From: the human T2T-CHM13v2.0 reference genome, Homo sapiens
Direction: 5' to 3' (one strand)
DNA length: 64,000 nt
NCBI RefSeq assembly: GCF_009914755.1
Contig: NC_060935.1
Shown here: piece after piece, positions 13,746 to 33,822 of the stretch
How the letters are laid out: each line of letters opens with the position of its first letter
Numbering within the stretch: position 1 is the first letter of the stretch
Position numbers and translations under genes: made by a program
The notes under the pieces: model-generated
Seen by the model: the letters and a program-made list of their open reading frames with translations, nothing else
Database searches by the model: none
What the model was told of the DNA's origin: nothing

Positions 13746-13934
13746 GTTACCTGAATCAAGTAGATCTTCAGGAAAAAGCAGACCTTCAAGAAAAGGAAGC
13801 CCACGAACTGCTGGATTCAGGAAAGAACACAGCCGTGACCACCAAGAACCTCCTGGAGACCCTTTCCAAGCCTGACCAGATCCCCTTGTTCTATGCTGGG
13901 GGGATTGAGATCCTGACTGAAATGATAAATGAGT
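13746..13934 (+). CDS. TTC12: TTC12 exon 5/17
   Basis: ttctag|GT...GAGT|gtaagc; 189 nt; [10 protein letters not shown]...EILTEMINE. Confidence 0.97.
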
Positions 13935-14119
13935 GTAAGCCAGAGATGTGTGTGATCTCATGAGTGCTGTCAGTGTGAAGGGACACATTCAGAGGTCTGC
14001 CTTTACCAGGCCAAGAATCCCTCCCTTCCTTCCACAAATATTGATTAAAGATATACGCTAATGTAGCTGCTAAAAGGGGTGCACAAGAAATGTCCTCCGA
14101 CTTCTGCTCCATCCTCTCT

Positions 14120-14430
14120 ACAGAGCATGCGTACACTCAGCACACATGCAATAAACATACACAACACAACACGTACACGTGGCACACACTCGATATATAC
14201 TTACATACACCACACATGCACTCAGCTTTCACTCACTTGAATATATCCTTGTATTACACACACACCACATACCACACACAGCACACTCACACCATAAGTA
14301 CTCATGTCAGTCCACATATCCTGCGCACACTCCACCCTCACATTTTCACCACACACCCCATGCACATCCTGCGTGTACTCCACACATACCCCCACAGACA
14401 CCTCAAGCATCCCATACCACCTCGTACACC
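14120..14430. repeat. Degenerate (CA)n-rich low-complexity tract
   Basis: CA/CACA-rich; produces the spurious His/Thr-rich ORFs. Confidence 0.85.
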
Positions 14431-15123
14431 TTCCCTCCACTGTGGAGGAATGGAAGACAGAATTTTGTAGGTTAAACTGTAAGGTTCACCCAGTTACAGT
14501 TAATGGCTGCATAGGATGTGAAAATGGTTTCAGAGCAAACATCAGCTCTCCTACTAATGAGGGCCATACTGTTCTCTTTTACTAGCTCTTGTAAACATTG
14601 TTACCAAGGCTTAAATAATCTCTATACTCAGTGACAGCATGTTGTTTGTACAAATAGATGGAGTGTCTGACTTCTCTTTAGTGTACAATGGAGGGCACAC
14701 AAATATCCCCTTCAGCAGTTTCTTGGAGATTATAAATTCCTCTCTGGAGCTTGGAAATAGCTTTGAAATAAATATTTAAGAACAGATGGATATGCTGGTA
14801 CTTCCCATAGGTTAAGCAGCTCTGGGAGGCTCTCTGAAGATTACAGAATGATGAGCTGTGCAGATAGCCCTCGGGGCCACCCCAGCTCTGCTCTCCTTCT
14901 CTAAACAGTCCCTCCGCCTGAGAGGCACTGAGGCCTCTGACGCTGAGAGGCTGCTGACCATTGTATGTTTCAAAATGTAAAGTTCATTTGTTCCTGCCAA
15001 ACCATTCACGTGGGTACCGTGGCATTCCATATTAGGTTTCTCATTAGCAGGTGGCTGTGTTGCAGCGAGACACCAGCCAGCCAGTTTGGGAGTCTGAAGT
15101 GGTTTTCGTTGTATCTGTTTCAG

Positions 15124-15193
15124 GCACAGAACAAACTTTATTCAGAATGCACAATGGATTTAGTATCATCAGTGACAACGAGGTCATAAGAAG
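15124..15193 (+). CDS. TTC12: TTC12 exon 6/17
   Basis: tttcag|GC...AGAAG|gtaggg; 70 nt; (C)[22 protein letters not shown](R). Confidence 0.97.
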
Positions 15194-15407
15194 GTAGGGA
15201 TGTTCATAGAGACAGCCCAGCAGCAAAGCAAGGGAAGATAACCACTGCTTATGAAATCAGACACGAGGCACATAGACAGTCACGTTTCTGAACATTACCC
15301 CCCTTCAGTCAGTAGTGGGGGGCTCTCCAGGAGTGCAAAGCTACTCCACGAACATCTTTGAGTGCTTTCCCTCAAGACATTGGAGTTACACTGCAGCTAA
15401 CAATTGA

Positions 15408-15699
<292 letters not shown>

Positions 15700-16296
15700 A
15701 ACAATTGAAGAGAGAGGAACAGCAGCACTTCCCAGGGCTCCTCTAAGCTCTTCAAAGTCAGAGAAATGATCATTCTTGCTGCTTTCCCACCAGTTTTTGC
15801 CAGGTTGTCATTTGTTCATTTCTTCTTTTGGAATTTGCTGATCATATCAAGAAGTGATATAAATATAAATGGGCCAATCCCATTTATAATTTCATCTGAA
15901 GAAAGACCTGTATGGTAGGATGCAGTTTGCTAAAGTGACTGTATTTTCATTTCAGTTGTTCTGGTGTGCTTCCTGAGGCTTAGGATACCCGTGTGGGTTG
16001 GAGTCACCAGTACATGTCTGTGTGCTCAGCCACAGTTCATTGGTCCCAGTGCAGCCATCGCCCATGGCCCTGGCTCACTGCCCAGCCTCTGTGCAGCCCT
16101 GGCTTCCTCAGTCTGCATCCGTGGCCTGGGACTCATGGTTCCGTGATTGATCCTGGTGACCCATGGCTCTGGATTATAAAACTATACTTTCTCAAACCTG
16201 TATTTGGTGAATCTAGGGGTGAAATAAAACCAAATGGAAAAGAAAATCAAGACTGATTTTCAGACTTTTAAGATAGCTCTCCTTTGTCCATTCTAG

Positions 16297-16385
16297 GTGT
16301 TTTTCCACAGCAGGAAATGATGCAGTTGAAGAAATGGTCTGTGTGTCTGTTCTCAAGCTCTGGCAAGCAGTGTGCAGCAGGAACG
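16297..16385 (+). CDS. TTC12: TTC12 exon 7/17
   Basis: ttctag|G...AACG|gtaagc; 89 nt; [29 protein letters not shown]. Confidence 0.96.
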
Positions 16386-18419
16386 GTAAGCCTGGGTAAT
16401 CACCGTTGATCACCATTAATGCGCTGCGTGCAGGAACTACGCTGTTGGGTGGACTGTCCTCCCCAAAGGCCAGGCCCTGGAAAGCTGATGTCTAGACTTC
16501 CGCACACACCCACTCCCTCCAGGAAAGCTTATGGATCAAAAGCAAGGTAGACAGATGAGGAGCAAGGTTGGGGTGAAGGGAGGAGGTTGTCAGCATAATG
16601 AGTGGTCTCCTCTCTCCTCTCCTCCTGCTCTTTGCAGACTCATGACTTCTGTTCATGCACTGGCAATGAGGTAGATGGAGTTTTTCTTTTCTTGTCAGCC
16701 TAAAATATTGTTCCTTTTTGCTAACCACAGTACCTTTCCAGCATCCTGAGATTTACAGTCATCCCTGCCAATATCTTCAGACACTGATTAGCATCTAGTA
16801 TTGAGACAGTAGAATGCCATGGGCATTTTATTTACTGTGCTAACTCTTAGGCTTTTCAAATATTTGCATCTTCCAGAGTTCATTACGTTTTTGTATAATC
16901 TTTCTTAATCACTTTTGTAACTTCAACATAAATACAAATTTTACTTACTTCTGTCATTTTTAAAAAGTGTGTTTCATAGGAAAAAGTTTGACCCTGGACA
17001 GAAACACTGAAAATGGGGATAATGATAGCTATGTCTCCTTTTCACAGGGCTACTGTGGGGAGCCAGCAATAGAGCTTGTGAATGCAGTTTGCATACTCTG
17101 AGATGTTAAGTAGGAGATAATACCTTTTTTTTTCTTCTTTAGTAGAGTAGAGGAATCAAGAACTTAAGAAATTAAGCTCTTGAAAATCTAGACAATACAA
17201 AATCAGGGGGCCTATTTCCTGACAAGAATTAAGGGGAGTTATGCCCAGACTACTGTCATCATCAAGGTGCCTTTCTACTCTGTGTAAGACCCTGCACCAG
17301 CTTAGGGCAGTGTTTTTGCAAACTCCCCTACAGGAGGGCGAGGAAGGCAGGACTTGGCAATGGTATGTCTACTCAGTGTGAATCTGACATAACAATCTGT
17401 TTACTCTTTCTGTGAACCTATTTATCGTTTCTGTGAACCTTAAAGTTACATTTTTTTATCATCTGAAAAATATTTTCAGATACCTGTGATGTAAATGCTG
17501 TATCACAGGTCAATAAAATCTTGATATATCTAACTCAATAAATGCAAAGCAGTTTTTCAGAAGGGCAAGGGAATGCTTAAAAGTAAGGACATGAAAATAT
17601 GTCAGTCATCTATTGTGGAGTTGAGAAGAGAAGCCAATTACAGGGTAGGATGTATAATATTTTACACATTATTTATGTGAGGGGTGAATAATAGCTCCTT
17701 TGGGGAATGGGCTTACCCGGAGGGGGTATCAACTAACTCTGTGTTGTTTGAATTATTTATATCAAGGTACTTTTCTAGTATAAGAACAAAATATATAATC
17801 AACAAGGACCTTTCCATTTCAGAAATCAGTAGATCCTATCTTACGTGGACAAGAGTAATTATAGGTGAAGTATAGGATTGAGATGTAATGTTTGCAACGA
17901 AAACATGGTTTGATATGTGGGCTACACATAGGATCCTGTAGTCCTGTTACTCTGGCTCTTTCAGGGCTAGAAGAGACCTGGTGTGTGTCTTCTACTGGAT
18001 GCCGTGTGCTGTGTGTAAATGGGTAATCAGTACAGGAGGGAAGAAAGCCAAGGGTGATGAGGTCCAAGTGATGGGGCCCACCCCTTTGAGATCCAGTTTG
18101 CTCTGTTTCCTAGCTTAGCCTCATACTGCAGTCTGTACCCTGCAGTTTCAAACAAATTCATGTACCTGGTCAGAAAATGAACCAGACTGCCACCACCCTG
18201 GAAGAGCTTATGTTCTAGGAAGGAGGGCACACTTTATTCGTTAGTGCTCTCATGTGATATTCTAGTTTTCTGGATAACATTTCCTCAGATGACTACTCTA
18301 GCCGTTGTATGAATATTGATGGCCTAAAGACGTTCCACAATTAAACTGATTTATTTCCCTTTGCTAGTGTTTCCAGATACCACACACCAAGGAAGTTTGA
18401 CAATAATGACACAGTTGAT

Positions 18420-18605
18420 TTATGGGTGCCAGTCCCTGTCTGGCACAGTCATGTACTAACTTATTTAATCCTCATGATGTCCCTGTAGGTAGGAACGTAA
18501 TCCTCATTTTACTGATGAGGAGACCGAGGAGCACAAGAGTTCATTGGTAAGGTCGCTCCCCTGGGCATTCGGACCCAGCAGTCTGGTTCTAGAATCCACA
18601 CTCTT
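18420..18605 (-). mobile_element. MIR
   Basis: ATTTAATCCTCA...CATTTTACTGATGAGGAGACCGAGG. Confidence 0.75.
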
Positions 18606-18731
18606 ACACTTCATTATTCTGCCTTCAAATGAGTGGGCACCAGTTGAGTTTCCCATTAGGATAGAGGGTGACAGAGCTAGTTTAATTGCCATGATGGCAT
18701 GCACAAGACACACAACCTCTGTGTTTTGCAG

Positions 18732-18900
18732 AGGAAAACCAGCGTGTGCTAGTGATACACCATGACAGGGCCAGGCTGTTGGCCGCCCTCTTGTCCTCCA
18801 AGGTCCTGGCCATCCGGCAGCAGAGCTTTGCCCTGCTGCTGCATCTCGCCCAGACTGAGAGCGGACGGAGCCTGATCATCAACCACCTTGACCTGACCAG
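18732..18900 (+). CDS. TTC12: TTC12 exon 8/17, ARM-like region
   Basis: ttgcag|AG...CCAG|gtaagc; 169 nt; [20 protein letters not shown]...NHLDLT. Confidence 0.97.
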
Positions 18901-19575
18901 GTAAGCCTCTGCTGGCAGGATCTTCCTGGGACATCTCATGTCATCACTTGACAAGTTCAGGCATGCCTGTCTCCCCTCCTATCTCTGTTGTGTGACTTGA
19001 AGGATCAATAACAGAAAGAGCCTTTGACAAGAGTGCTCTGTCATGAGGACCTCTGGGACAGACTCCTGTCCGAACTTGGTACCATGGATGGTTTCACTTC
19101 TCCTGAGCAACTGGCTCGTCCCCATCCCACAAATGGTGCAAATGGCAGTGCTTCCGTAGCCAGATCAGGAGCCCCACCTTAAAATAGGTCACTTGCTTCT
19201 CCGTCTTTGGCCTCGGTCCTATCTCTACCCTGTTCCTGCCATTCGTTTTCTTCTTTCATTCTTATTTGAGGTAATCCTGTCTTATTCTACGTGTCCTTAA
19301 ACCCTTTGTGGAACAAGATGGAGTATGAATAAATAAAACATTTCAAATACTGTTGCATGGAGGTCTTTCCAAAGTGTAAGACTATGGGCATAGAATGTGT
19401 GTACCCTAAGTAGACTTTCTAGAAAGATTACTGAACCACAGTGATTCTGCCCCGTCCTTTATAATTTATTAGTTTATTTTTTAAATCATTTATTTATTTG
19501 TTATTTTGCTCACTTGTTTTACGTATTTATTTACTTTTATCTTACTAAGTTTTCAGTTTATTTATCTTTACATGA

Positions 19576-19652
19576 TTAGTTTGAACATATGAAATTGCCA
19601 CTTATTAGATCTAAAAGGTTGCATGCCAGCCATTTTATGTGGTTCAATCTAA
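19576..19652. mobile_element. MADE2 mariner MITE (degenerate)
   Basis: About 77 bp with TIRs TTAGTTTGAACATATGAAATTGCC / CCATTTTATGTGGTTCAATCTAA. Confidence 0.75.
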
Positions 19653-22299
19653 CAGAAATAGTGGCAATTATTGTAGCTTGCTTTATAAATGTTTCTCACA
19701 CAATCTAAAAACAGGAGATGACCCTTCTGAGTTTTTTCATTCACTGCTATTTTGTTTTATCTCCCCTCATCCTGCGGGGTAGGCAAGGTAAGCTTTATTA
19801 CCTCATGTCACTCATGGGGCAGGAAGAACTGCAGCAAGGAACCAAGGGAATCTCACCCAACTAGGCTGGCCCCCAGGTACTGTTCTGAGGACCCAGCTCC
19901 GCTCTGTGTTCCCAGTGGGAAAAGGAGCCAAACCTGCTACAACTGGCTCCTGTTCCTTCCAGATCTTTTTGGGACCCTGCTGAGCCCTCCCACACTGTCC
20001 AATTTGGTATGTAGGTCCATGTGTGCCGTGACAGGATGGTTATTAAGCCTTGCCTACGGCTCCCCTTCCAGGCCCAGTCGCAGCCTCAGTGGCTCCCAGG
20101 AAAGGCTTTGGCAACCCACTGAAGCTCAGCCTGCACGGCAGATGCAGATTGTTAGTGGAGTTCAATTCCCCAAAAGCACATTTCACATTTCAAATGACTC
20201 TGCAGTCATTTCCTCGATACCTTCATCGTATTTTTTTAATATTGTTTTTGTCTCTTTGAGTAAATGTAGCTATAGCTATCATGAGCTTTTCCCCTCAAGC
20301 TATCTTTGAATTGCTTGAGCTTCAATGTGCATTTTTCCAGTGTCTCGGAGAGTGGCGTTCATGATCACCTCGGGTGGTCCTGCCTACTCTCTCTAAGATA
20401 GTCAGAGAAACCTCAGCTTTTTACTTTTATGCCCACTAGCCTCCTTAACGTTCATCTCCAGTTGAACCAGACAGAATGGGTTCTCTGTGATGAAACGAGG
20501 CAGTTTGAAGCAAGACAGGGCTGCTGCACATAGCCCCTTGACCGTCACGGCAGCACACGTATCACATTCCTCCCACAATGTTTATCCTCAGAGAAGAGGT
20601 TGAAGGCATGAATGTGTGCTGGCCAAGGGCCAGTGTCATTTTGTAAAAAGTGCTGGGTTTTAGTCTTAAGCGTACTGAGTTTCAATTCCCTGCATGTCTC
20701 TGCTTGTGTGACCCAGGAAAGTTATTTAGCATGGACAGGCCCCGGCATCTCATCTGCATCACTCACTTATGATGACACGGGGGGTGATGCAGTTGAATTT
20801 TTTCTGCTGCATTGTGCAGAATACTTGAGCAAAAGGAGCTTAAGCAAAATAAAGCCTGGCTTGTTTTGTCACCTAATAAAATGAGACTAAAGATAGCAGC
20901 TATTGGTGCGGTGGCTTAAAGACGTCGAGGTCCAAGTCTCTGCCCTTCTCTTGACCTTCCTCACATGGTCATACCTTCCCTCTTGCTGCAACTCCAAGCT
21001 TCACATCCTTCTTTAAGACAGGTCAATACCAGCTGGATCGGTCCCTTTTATCAAGAAAACCTACTGCCTATTTCTCTTTGGACAGAATTGTGTCACATGC
21101 TACCCCTAGTGGAAAAAAAATGGTCCCAACTTCTTCTGTAGTAGAGTTAGGAAGAATAGAAGGGAATGGAGAATATCTGTGAGGTTAGCCAGCAAACAGC
21201 ATCTGCTACAGAAAAAAAAAAAAAAAAAGCAACTAACATCAATTAAGCCTGACACATGGTATGATAAGGGCTCAATAATATTTTTATAATCATTTTCTCT
21301 TAGGGTATATTGTTTAGGGTCCTAAACTGAAGTAACCTTGCATTTATTAGTTACATGAAAGCATTTTCTCACCTGTGGTTCACTCACAGAGACAGCTGCT
21401 TATCAGCAGAGCAGAAAATCTGCCACCAAAAAAGAGGGTATGTGAGGAAATAGAAAGGGACACACCGTCCTCTCTAGGTGCTGAGTCCAGTTAGGATGTG
21501 TGCATTGTCACATAGTGAGGGGGCCTAGCTGCTTATGTCTGCCAGGACAAAGCCAAGATGGTCTTAGACTGTTGTCTCATCTGTGCTATTCAGGTTCATT
21601 AGCAGTCATCTTCAAGACCGAAGAAAATAGGTTTAAATTGGTGAAGGATGAATCTGAACTAACTGTAAAACAAATAAATTATTTTTGACAGCAGGAGCAC
21701 TGGAATCCATTCCTGAAGATGTTAGGGATTTGCAGAAGCTTGGCGTCACCTGGGCCCTTAGAAACCATCCAGTCAAGCCCCACTCAGTATAGATGTCCTC
21801 TGCGTACCCCCATACAGCCTGTGCATGGTGCCCTCCAGGGGAGATGCCAGCAGTTTTCATTATTTTTAATCTCCATTTGATTCGGGATGGGCACTAACGC
21901 AGCTAATAGACTGAGTGGAGGAAGTCTTTCCCCAATTAGCGAGAGGCTGTGGATCTCACCTCCCAAGGTAGCCAACTGTCCATTTCAAGACAGTTCTGAT
22001 TGAGATAAATTATCTCCTTACACTGTGCACAAGTTGCCTGCCCCGTACTATTCTGGGGCTGATTCTGCCTCCATACACTGAGGCCCAGGCCCAGACTCCT
22101 CCCAGCTTTCCAGTACTTTAGATATCTGAAAATACTGATATATTCCAGGTTAAGCATCCTTGTTACCTCCATCATTCCTTTGATGATTTGGCCTCCAGAC
22201 CACTCCTAGAATAAGTGGCTAAATAGATCCAGCACCATAGATGTGGGTGACTGGAATTCATATTCCCAAAAGCCCAATCTGATGGCCTGTCATCTGTCT

Positions 22300-23850
22300 T
22301 TCTTAAAGATGTCAAGGTCAAAGTCCCTGCCCTTCTCTGCCCTGTGGCATTTGGTCCTATTGATCACTACTCTTCTGGAAACTCCATCACAGTGATTGTC
22401 AGGACACCATCCTTCCTGGCCCCTCTCCTACCTCCTGGCTATTCCTTTGTGGTTTCCTTTGCAAGCCCCCCTATGCTATCACCCTTCCAAGTCAGGGACC
22501 CCAGGATCCTACCCTTGGCCCTCTTCCCATCCATGGCTTTCGTCAAGAGGCAAAGGGTGTAAGTCTCACTCTGTTGAGTGTGAGATGAAAACGCCCTTCT
22601 GCCACTGGACATCTCTATCACAACATCCACAAGTATCATCGACTTAATAAATCAAAATTGGGTCTTCACACCAGTTCATCTACCTGAATTTCCTGTCTTC
22701 ACAGAGGGTATCTCCACCTATCCAGTCGCCTAAGCCAATGTCCTGGAAGTGACCTGGCTCTCCCTCACCACATCCATAAGATAGTATGCTGCCAGCTCTT
22801 TCTCCTTAGCATCTCCTGAATTCATTTTCTTCTAGTTCTCCTCTACTGTCTCCAATCATTTCTTCCAGGTCTTCATGAGTGTCTCTTTGTGTTTTTACTG
22901 TACCTCTTACTCTGCTGCTGCCTCAGTCTGGTCCCTTAGCCTTTATTATCTGGACAATCACAGTTCTCCCCTGGTTGAATTCCTGCCTCTTGTACTACCT
23001 GCTCCAATCCAGCCTCCACCATACACTGAAGGGATTTTTCTAAAATGCACATCTGTTCTGCTATTTTCCTACTTAACACACTGAAATGACTATTCCTTGT
23101 AAGGCTGGTTCTCCAATTACTGAGAAATATAATGGCTAGGAATCACATGAGGACTTTATAAAAAAGCAGCCTCCTGGAGCTTCCTCCCACTCAGAGTAAC
23201 TGAGGAATCTGTCCCAGAGACCCCCACCACCAACCACACATTGGAGAACAGGGGCCAACAGGGCAAAGTACAGACTTTCCAGCAGGCCCTAGAAGGCCCC
23301 CAGGATCTGGGCTCTGTCCAGCTCTCTACCATCCCCTGTTCTCCCCTCACATCCTAAGCATTAACTGCATGCCAGCAGTCCCCAAATGTGCTCCTGCAAT
23401 TCTATGCCCACATAGTCTGTGACTACAGGCTGCTTTGCCTGACATGCCTCTGTACCCATCCCTGTGGGCCCGACACTGGCCTGCAAGCTGCCTGGAGCCA
23501 GGACATTGTCTTGTTTCATCATTATGACCTCAGAACTGACCACATTGCCTGGTACACAGTCAGTGCTTGTTCATTGTGATTGGTCAAATGGATAAACGAA
23601 TGAATAGCTAACACTACACTTCAAGAGACACTGAAGTGTCATCTATTGAAGGCTTCTTCACTTCCATGCCCACACCTTCCACCAGTGAGACTCTGGTCCC
23701 CTCAACATGTGTCTGTCTCTGACATATCACCTAAGACAGTTTATCTTATTTATTTACATGTGTATCACTGTAGGAGACCAGGAGCTCAGTACTGAGCACA
23801 GTATACTTAGCACCTTATAGATGCTTAATGCAAGTTTGCTGGATGAACAA
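22300..23850 (+). mobile_element. L2 fragments
   Basis: L2-like pyrimidine-rich body with L2 tails (...GGATAAACGAATGAAT, ...TTTGCTGGATGAA). Confidence 0.55.
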
Positions 23851-23879
23851 ATTACTCTTACTTCCATTGTCATGGTGCC

Positions 23880-24330
23880 AGTAAGTCCGTTTGGGCAGCC
23901 TGAGATTTCATCAGGTGTTTTTTGGCATCTGTGTTAGACTGTTTGCTCATTTTGTGTTTGTAAGTGGCTAAAAATCCTTAAATCTTTCTCATAGGAACCA
24001 GTTATAAACCAGGTCTCACAATTCTGTTACTTAAGCAGAATTTCCAGCTCTAAGTGGAGGACTTTGAGCTTAACCCTATTAAATTTAATCTAATATATTC
24101 AGCAGCCTGTCACAATCTTGTTAAATCTTTATTCCGTCACCCACCTTATTAGGGGGCCCTCCCACTTTAGTCATCAGCAGATTAGTAAGCATGCCATTTA
24201 GATGTCATCTAAGTTAATGAACCTGACTGAGCCAGAGTCACATGGCAGAGTCACAGAAACTCCTTCTGAGCTGGCGTCCGATAATCAATAAACTTTGGTT
24301 AAAAGTATTCAGCATTCTGGGGATTCACAT
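23880..24330 (-). mobile_element. L3/CR1 fragment
   Basis: CTAAGTGGAGGACTTTGAGCTTAACCCTATTAAATTT resembles the L3 consensus. Confidence 0.45.
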
Positions 24331-24532
24331 TAAGTGGTGGAGCCAACCACTTAAGAGTATCTGTCTCTGGGTGGGCAAGGAGCTAGGCTTCCTAGGAGGG
24401 CATGACAAGGCACCCTTTCTGCTTATTTCACCCGGATGCTGACTCCTTTTTTGGTTTCCTTGCAAGGTTACCCTGTTGGGATGTTGTTAGTTGGAGGACA
24501 GCTACCTCTGAGGTTATTATGGTTTTTTGCAG

Positions 24533-24625
24533 ATTATTGGAAGCGCTGGTGTCATTTCTTGATTTCTCGGATAAGGAGGCCAACACTGCTATGGGACTGT
24601 TCACAGACTTGGCTCTGGAAGAAAG
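24533..24625 (+). CDS. TTC12: TTC12 exon 9/17
   Basis: ttgcag|A...GAAAG|gtaatt; 93 nt; [30 protein letters not shown]. Confidence 0.97.
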
Positions 24626-25698
24626 GTAATTTTTTTATTTATAGAAATTGACATTTCTTCTTCAGTCTTTGTTGAACTGTCTGATCTTTAAAAATGTGCT
24701 GTATTCAGAGAGGCTAGGCCAAGTCTCCAAGTGAGTATTGCAAGATTCACTGAGTAGGAGGGCTGATGCCTCCCAGGGGGCTGCAGCCACCCACTCCCAT
24801 TCTAGTCACTCTGCATAGAGGCTGACCCGGGCCTCCATGGGTTTGGAAGCAGCAGCATACTTAAAGCAGTGCCTCTCACAGTAGGCAAGCCTCCCAAGTG
24901 TCAGGAACCTTCCTCCCTCCTAATCAGTGCCTGGTACATAGGAGCTGCCCAGCAAATTTGCGTTGAATGAACCTGAGCGAGCCAGCGAGCCAGCAAGCAA
25001 GAATGAACAGTCAACTGCAGCCTCCTCTGGGGTTGCCAGTGACATTATGAGTAATGACCTCCTTCTGCCCCATGGCTTTGTGTTGTTTTGTTTTGTTTTG
25101 TCTAGCTGCTGGGGATGATAGTAAGGGTCTTAGTTTTCATAATTTTTCAGTTGCTTTTTTTTAAAGTGCATCTTGTGTTTTAAATTTCCTCACAAATTTT
25201 AGGACACCTTGCTTAGAGATGATAATAGGATGAGAGAGCTCACAGGCAGGCCAGCCAGCTGGCACGGGCCGGGGTATGGAACAGTGGCCATAGAGTGTGG
25301 AGATGCGCATGCATCCAGGCCCTCCCAGTGGCTCCGATGGGTAAACATGCTTGCATGGTATTTGCCTTCCGCACCGCACACACACGCTGTAGACTCAGAG
25401 CAGGGGTTGGGGGTAAGTCAGCTTGGCAGAAGCCTAGAGATTCCAGTAGCTCCTGCTTAAGGGAGCCACCATCTGAGATCTGTTGTTTAACATCAAAGGC
25501 AATTCTCCAGACTCAGAAAAATTAGAGCCACATTACATACACAGTGACATGCTTTTTTCTTTTTTTGGTTCTGAATTGTCCATGCACACTCTAAATCATA
25601 TGGACCTAGAGTTTGCAACATTAACTATCTGAGACACTGTATTTATGTTATAGTTTATGCAATGTAAAAATAAATCCTGGCTGATGGTTTCTCAACAG

Positions 25699-25759
25699 AT
25701 TCCAAGTCTGGTTCCAGGCCAACCTTCCAGGTGTTCTCCCTGCACTCACAGGCGTTCTG
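25699..25759 (+). CDS. TTC12: TTC12 exon 10/17
   Basis: caacag|A...CTG|gtgagc; 61 nt; [20 protein letters not shown]. Confidence 0.97.
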
Positions 25760-26529
25760 GTGAGCAAACTGTCATTTTCATCCTCTGTAACAGACACTCT
25801 CAGGAGCGTGAATGGGGCTGTTTAAACACAATTTACAATCCAGAACAACTATTGTCTCTCGGTTGATTAGTCATTTATTCACAGCTGGAATTTACACAAT
25901 TCTCAGTTATTGAAACAGCTACAGGAGGGACAGGTGGAGGTGGCATATGGATGGCGCTGGTTACAGGGGAGGAAAAGCTGGATATGGGTGGCATCTTAAG
26001 TGAAGGTGGATAGAGTTCGTCAGTCTCCATCAGTCCCCTGCTGACACTAAGTACGACGTGCAACCCTATTCCCAGATGGAAGTCATCCTGTCAGGAAGAC
26101 CAGTGTAGCAATTTGAGCTGATAAGGCAGTGAATAGTGTGGGGGGCAGGGCTTCTCCTTGGAGAGTGTGTTGCAACTGGAGCCTATCCCTTATGAACCTT
26201 AGAAGTTTCAGGGGCCCTTAGAGAGCATAACCACACCTCAGTATGTCACAGCTATGGAAATGGAGCCTCTGAGAAGGGAAGGGATTTGCCCAGGTCCCTC
26301 CAGCTGGTTGGTGGAGGAGCTGGGATTAAGCCCTAGGCCAAGACCCTTTTGGGTTTACCCCTCTATGTGCCTCCATCCGTTGCCAGTGAGACCCCAGGGA
26401 TGCCCCTGTGTGACATGAAGCTATCTGGTTGGTTCGTGGGCCTTTTGGTGAGTGAGGGATGCACCTAGAGATCATGCGGCATCCTTTGCCTGCTCTCTGA
26501 GGCTCTGCCTTCTCTCAATTCTCATTTAG

Positions 26530-26667
26530 AAGACAGATCCCAAGGTAAGCAGCTCCTCGGCTCTGTGCCAGTGCATTGCCATCATGGGAAACCTCAGTGC
26601 TGAGCCCACTACCCGAAGACACATGGCGGCCTGTGAGGAATTTGGGGATGGCTGCTTGAGCCTCCTG
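26530..26667 (+). CDS. TTC12: TTC12 exon 11/17
   Basis: atttag|AAG...CTG|gtatgt; 138 nt; [25 protein letters not shown]...GCLSLL. Confidence 0.96.
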
Positions 26668-26883
26668 GTATGTTAGCTTTTCTATTCAAAATTGGTCTTT
26701 ATCCTCTTTGGGGGCATTAGCGTCTTCTTAGTTATCTGACTTTTCCAAAAATTCTGTTTCTGTGGGTGTTGGATGGCGCCAGTTGGCTTATCCCTTCTGT
26801 AACCACGGATTTTATGCACTGCTGGCCTTAAAGAGCCCTGCAGATCAAGTCTCATTTGCCCTGGGGAGATTTGAAGGATTTTT

Positions 26884-33520
<6,637 letters not shown>

Positions 33521-33822
33521 GATTTGAAGGATTTTTCTGGTGGAGTTGAATGATCACCCGTCTCAGCAGCTGACTCTTCACTTTAAACCCAGGACCAACC
33601 TCAGCCATAGTCCCATGGCAGAGGCACCAGAGACTCCTTCCAAGTCTCCTGGACCAACACTAACTCATAGAACTGGTCTCTGATCCTCCACCATCATTTA
33701 GGTTCATGACATTGGCAATTTAGGGAGTGTGGGGAACTCTGAGACCCTTGTCCAAGGGAAAAGATGACCATAAAAAGCTGTAAGGCAAAAAGGTCATTGG
33801 TTACCTTGTTTTGTTTCCCAAG

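Noticed and set aside
14090-14585. His/Thr-rich ORFs
   Set aside because: Translation artefacts of a CA-rich low-complexity tract.
19752-20309. 185-aa intronic ORF
   Set aside because: Non-ATG start, no domain, no splice context, random-like composition.
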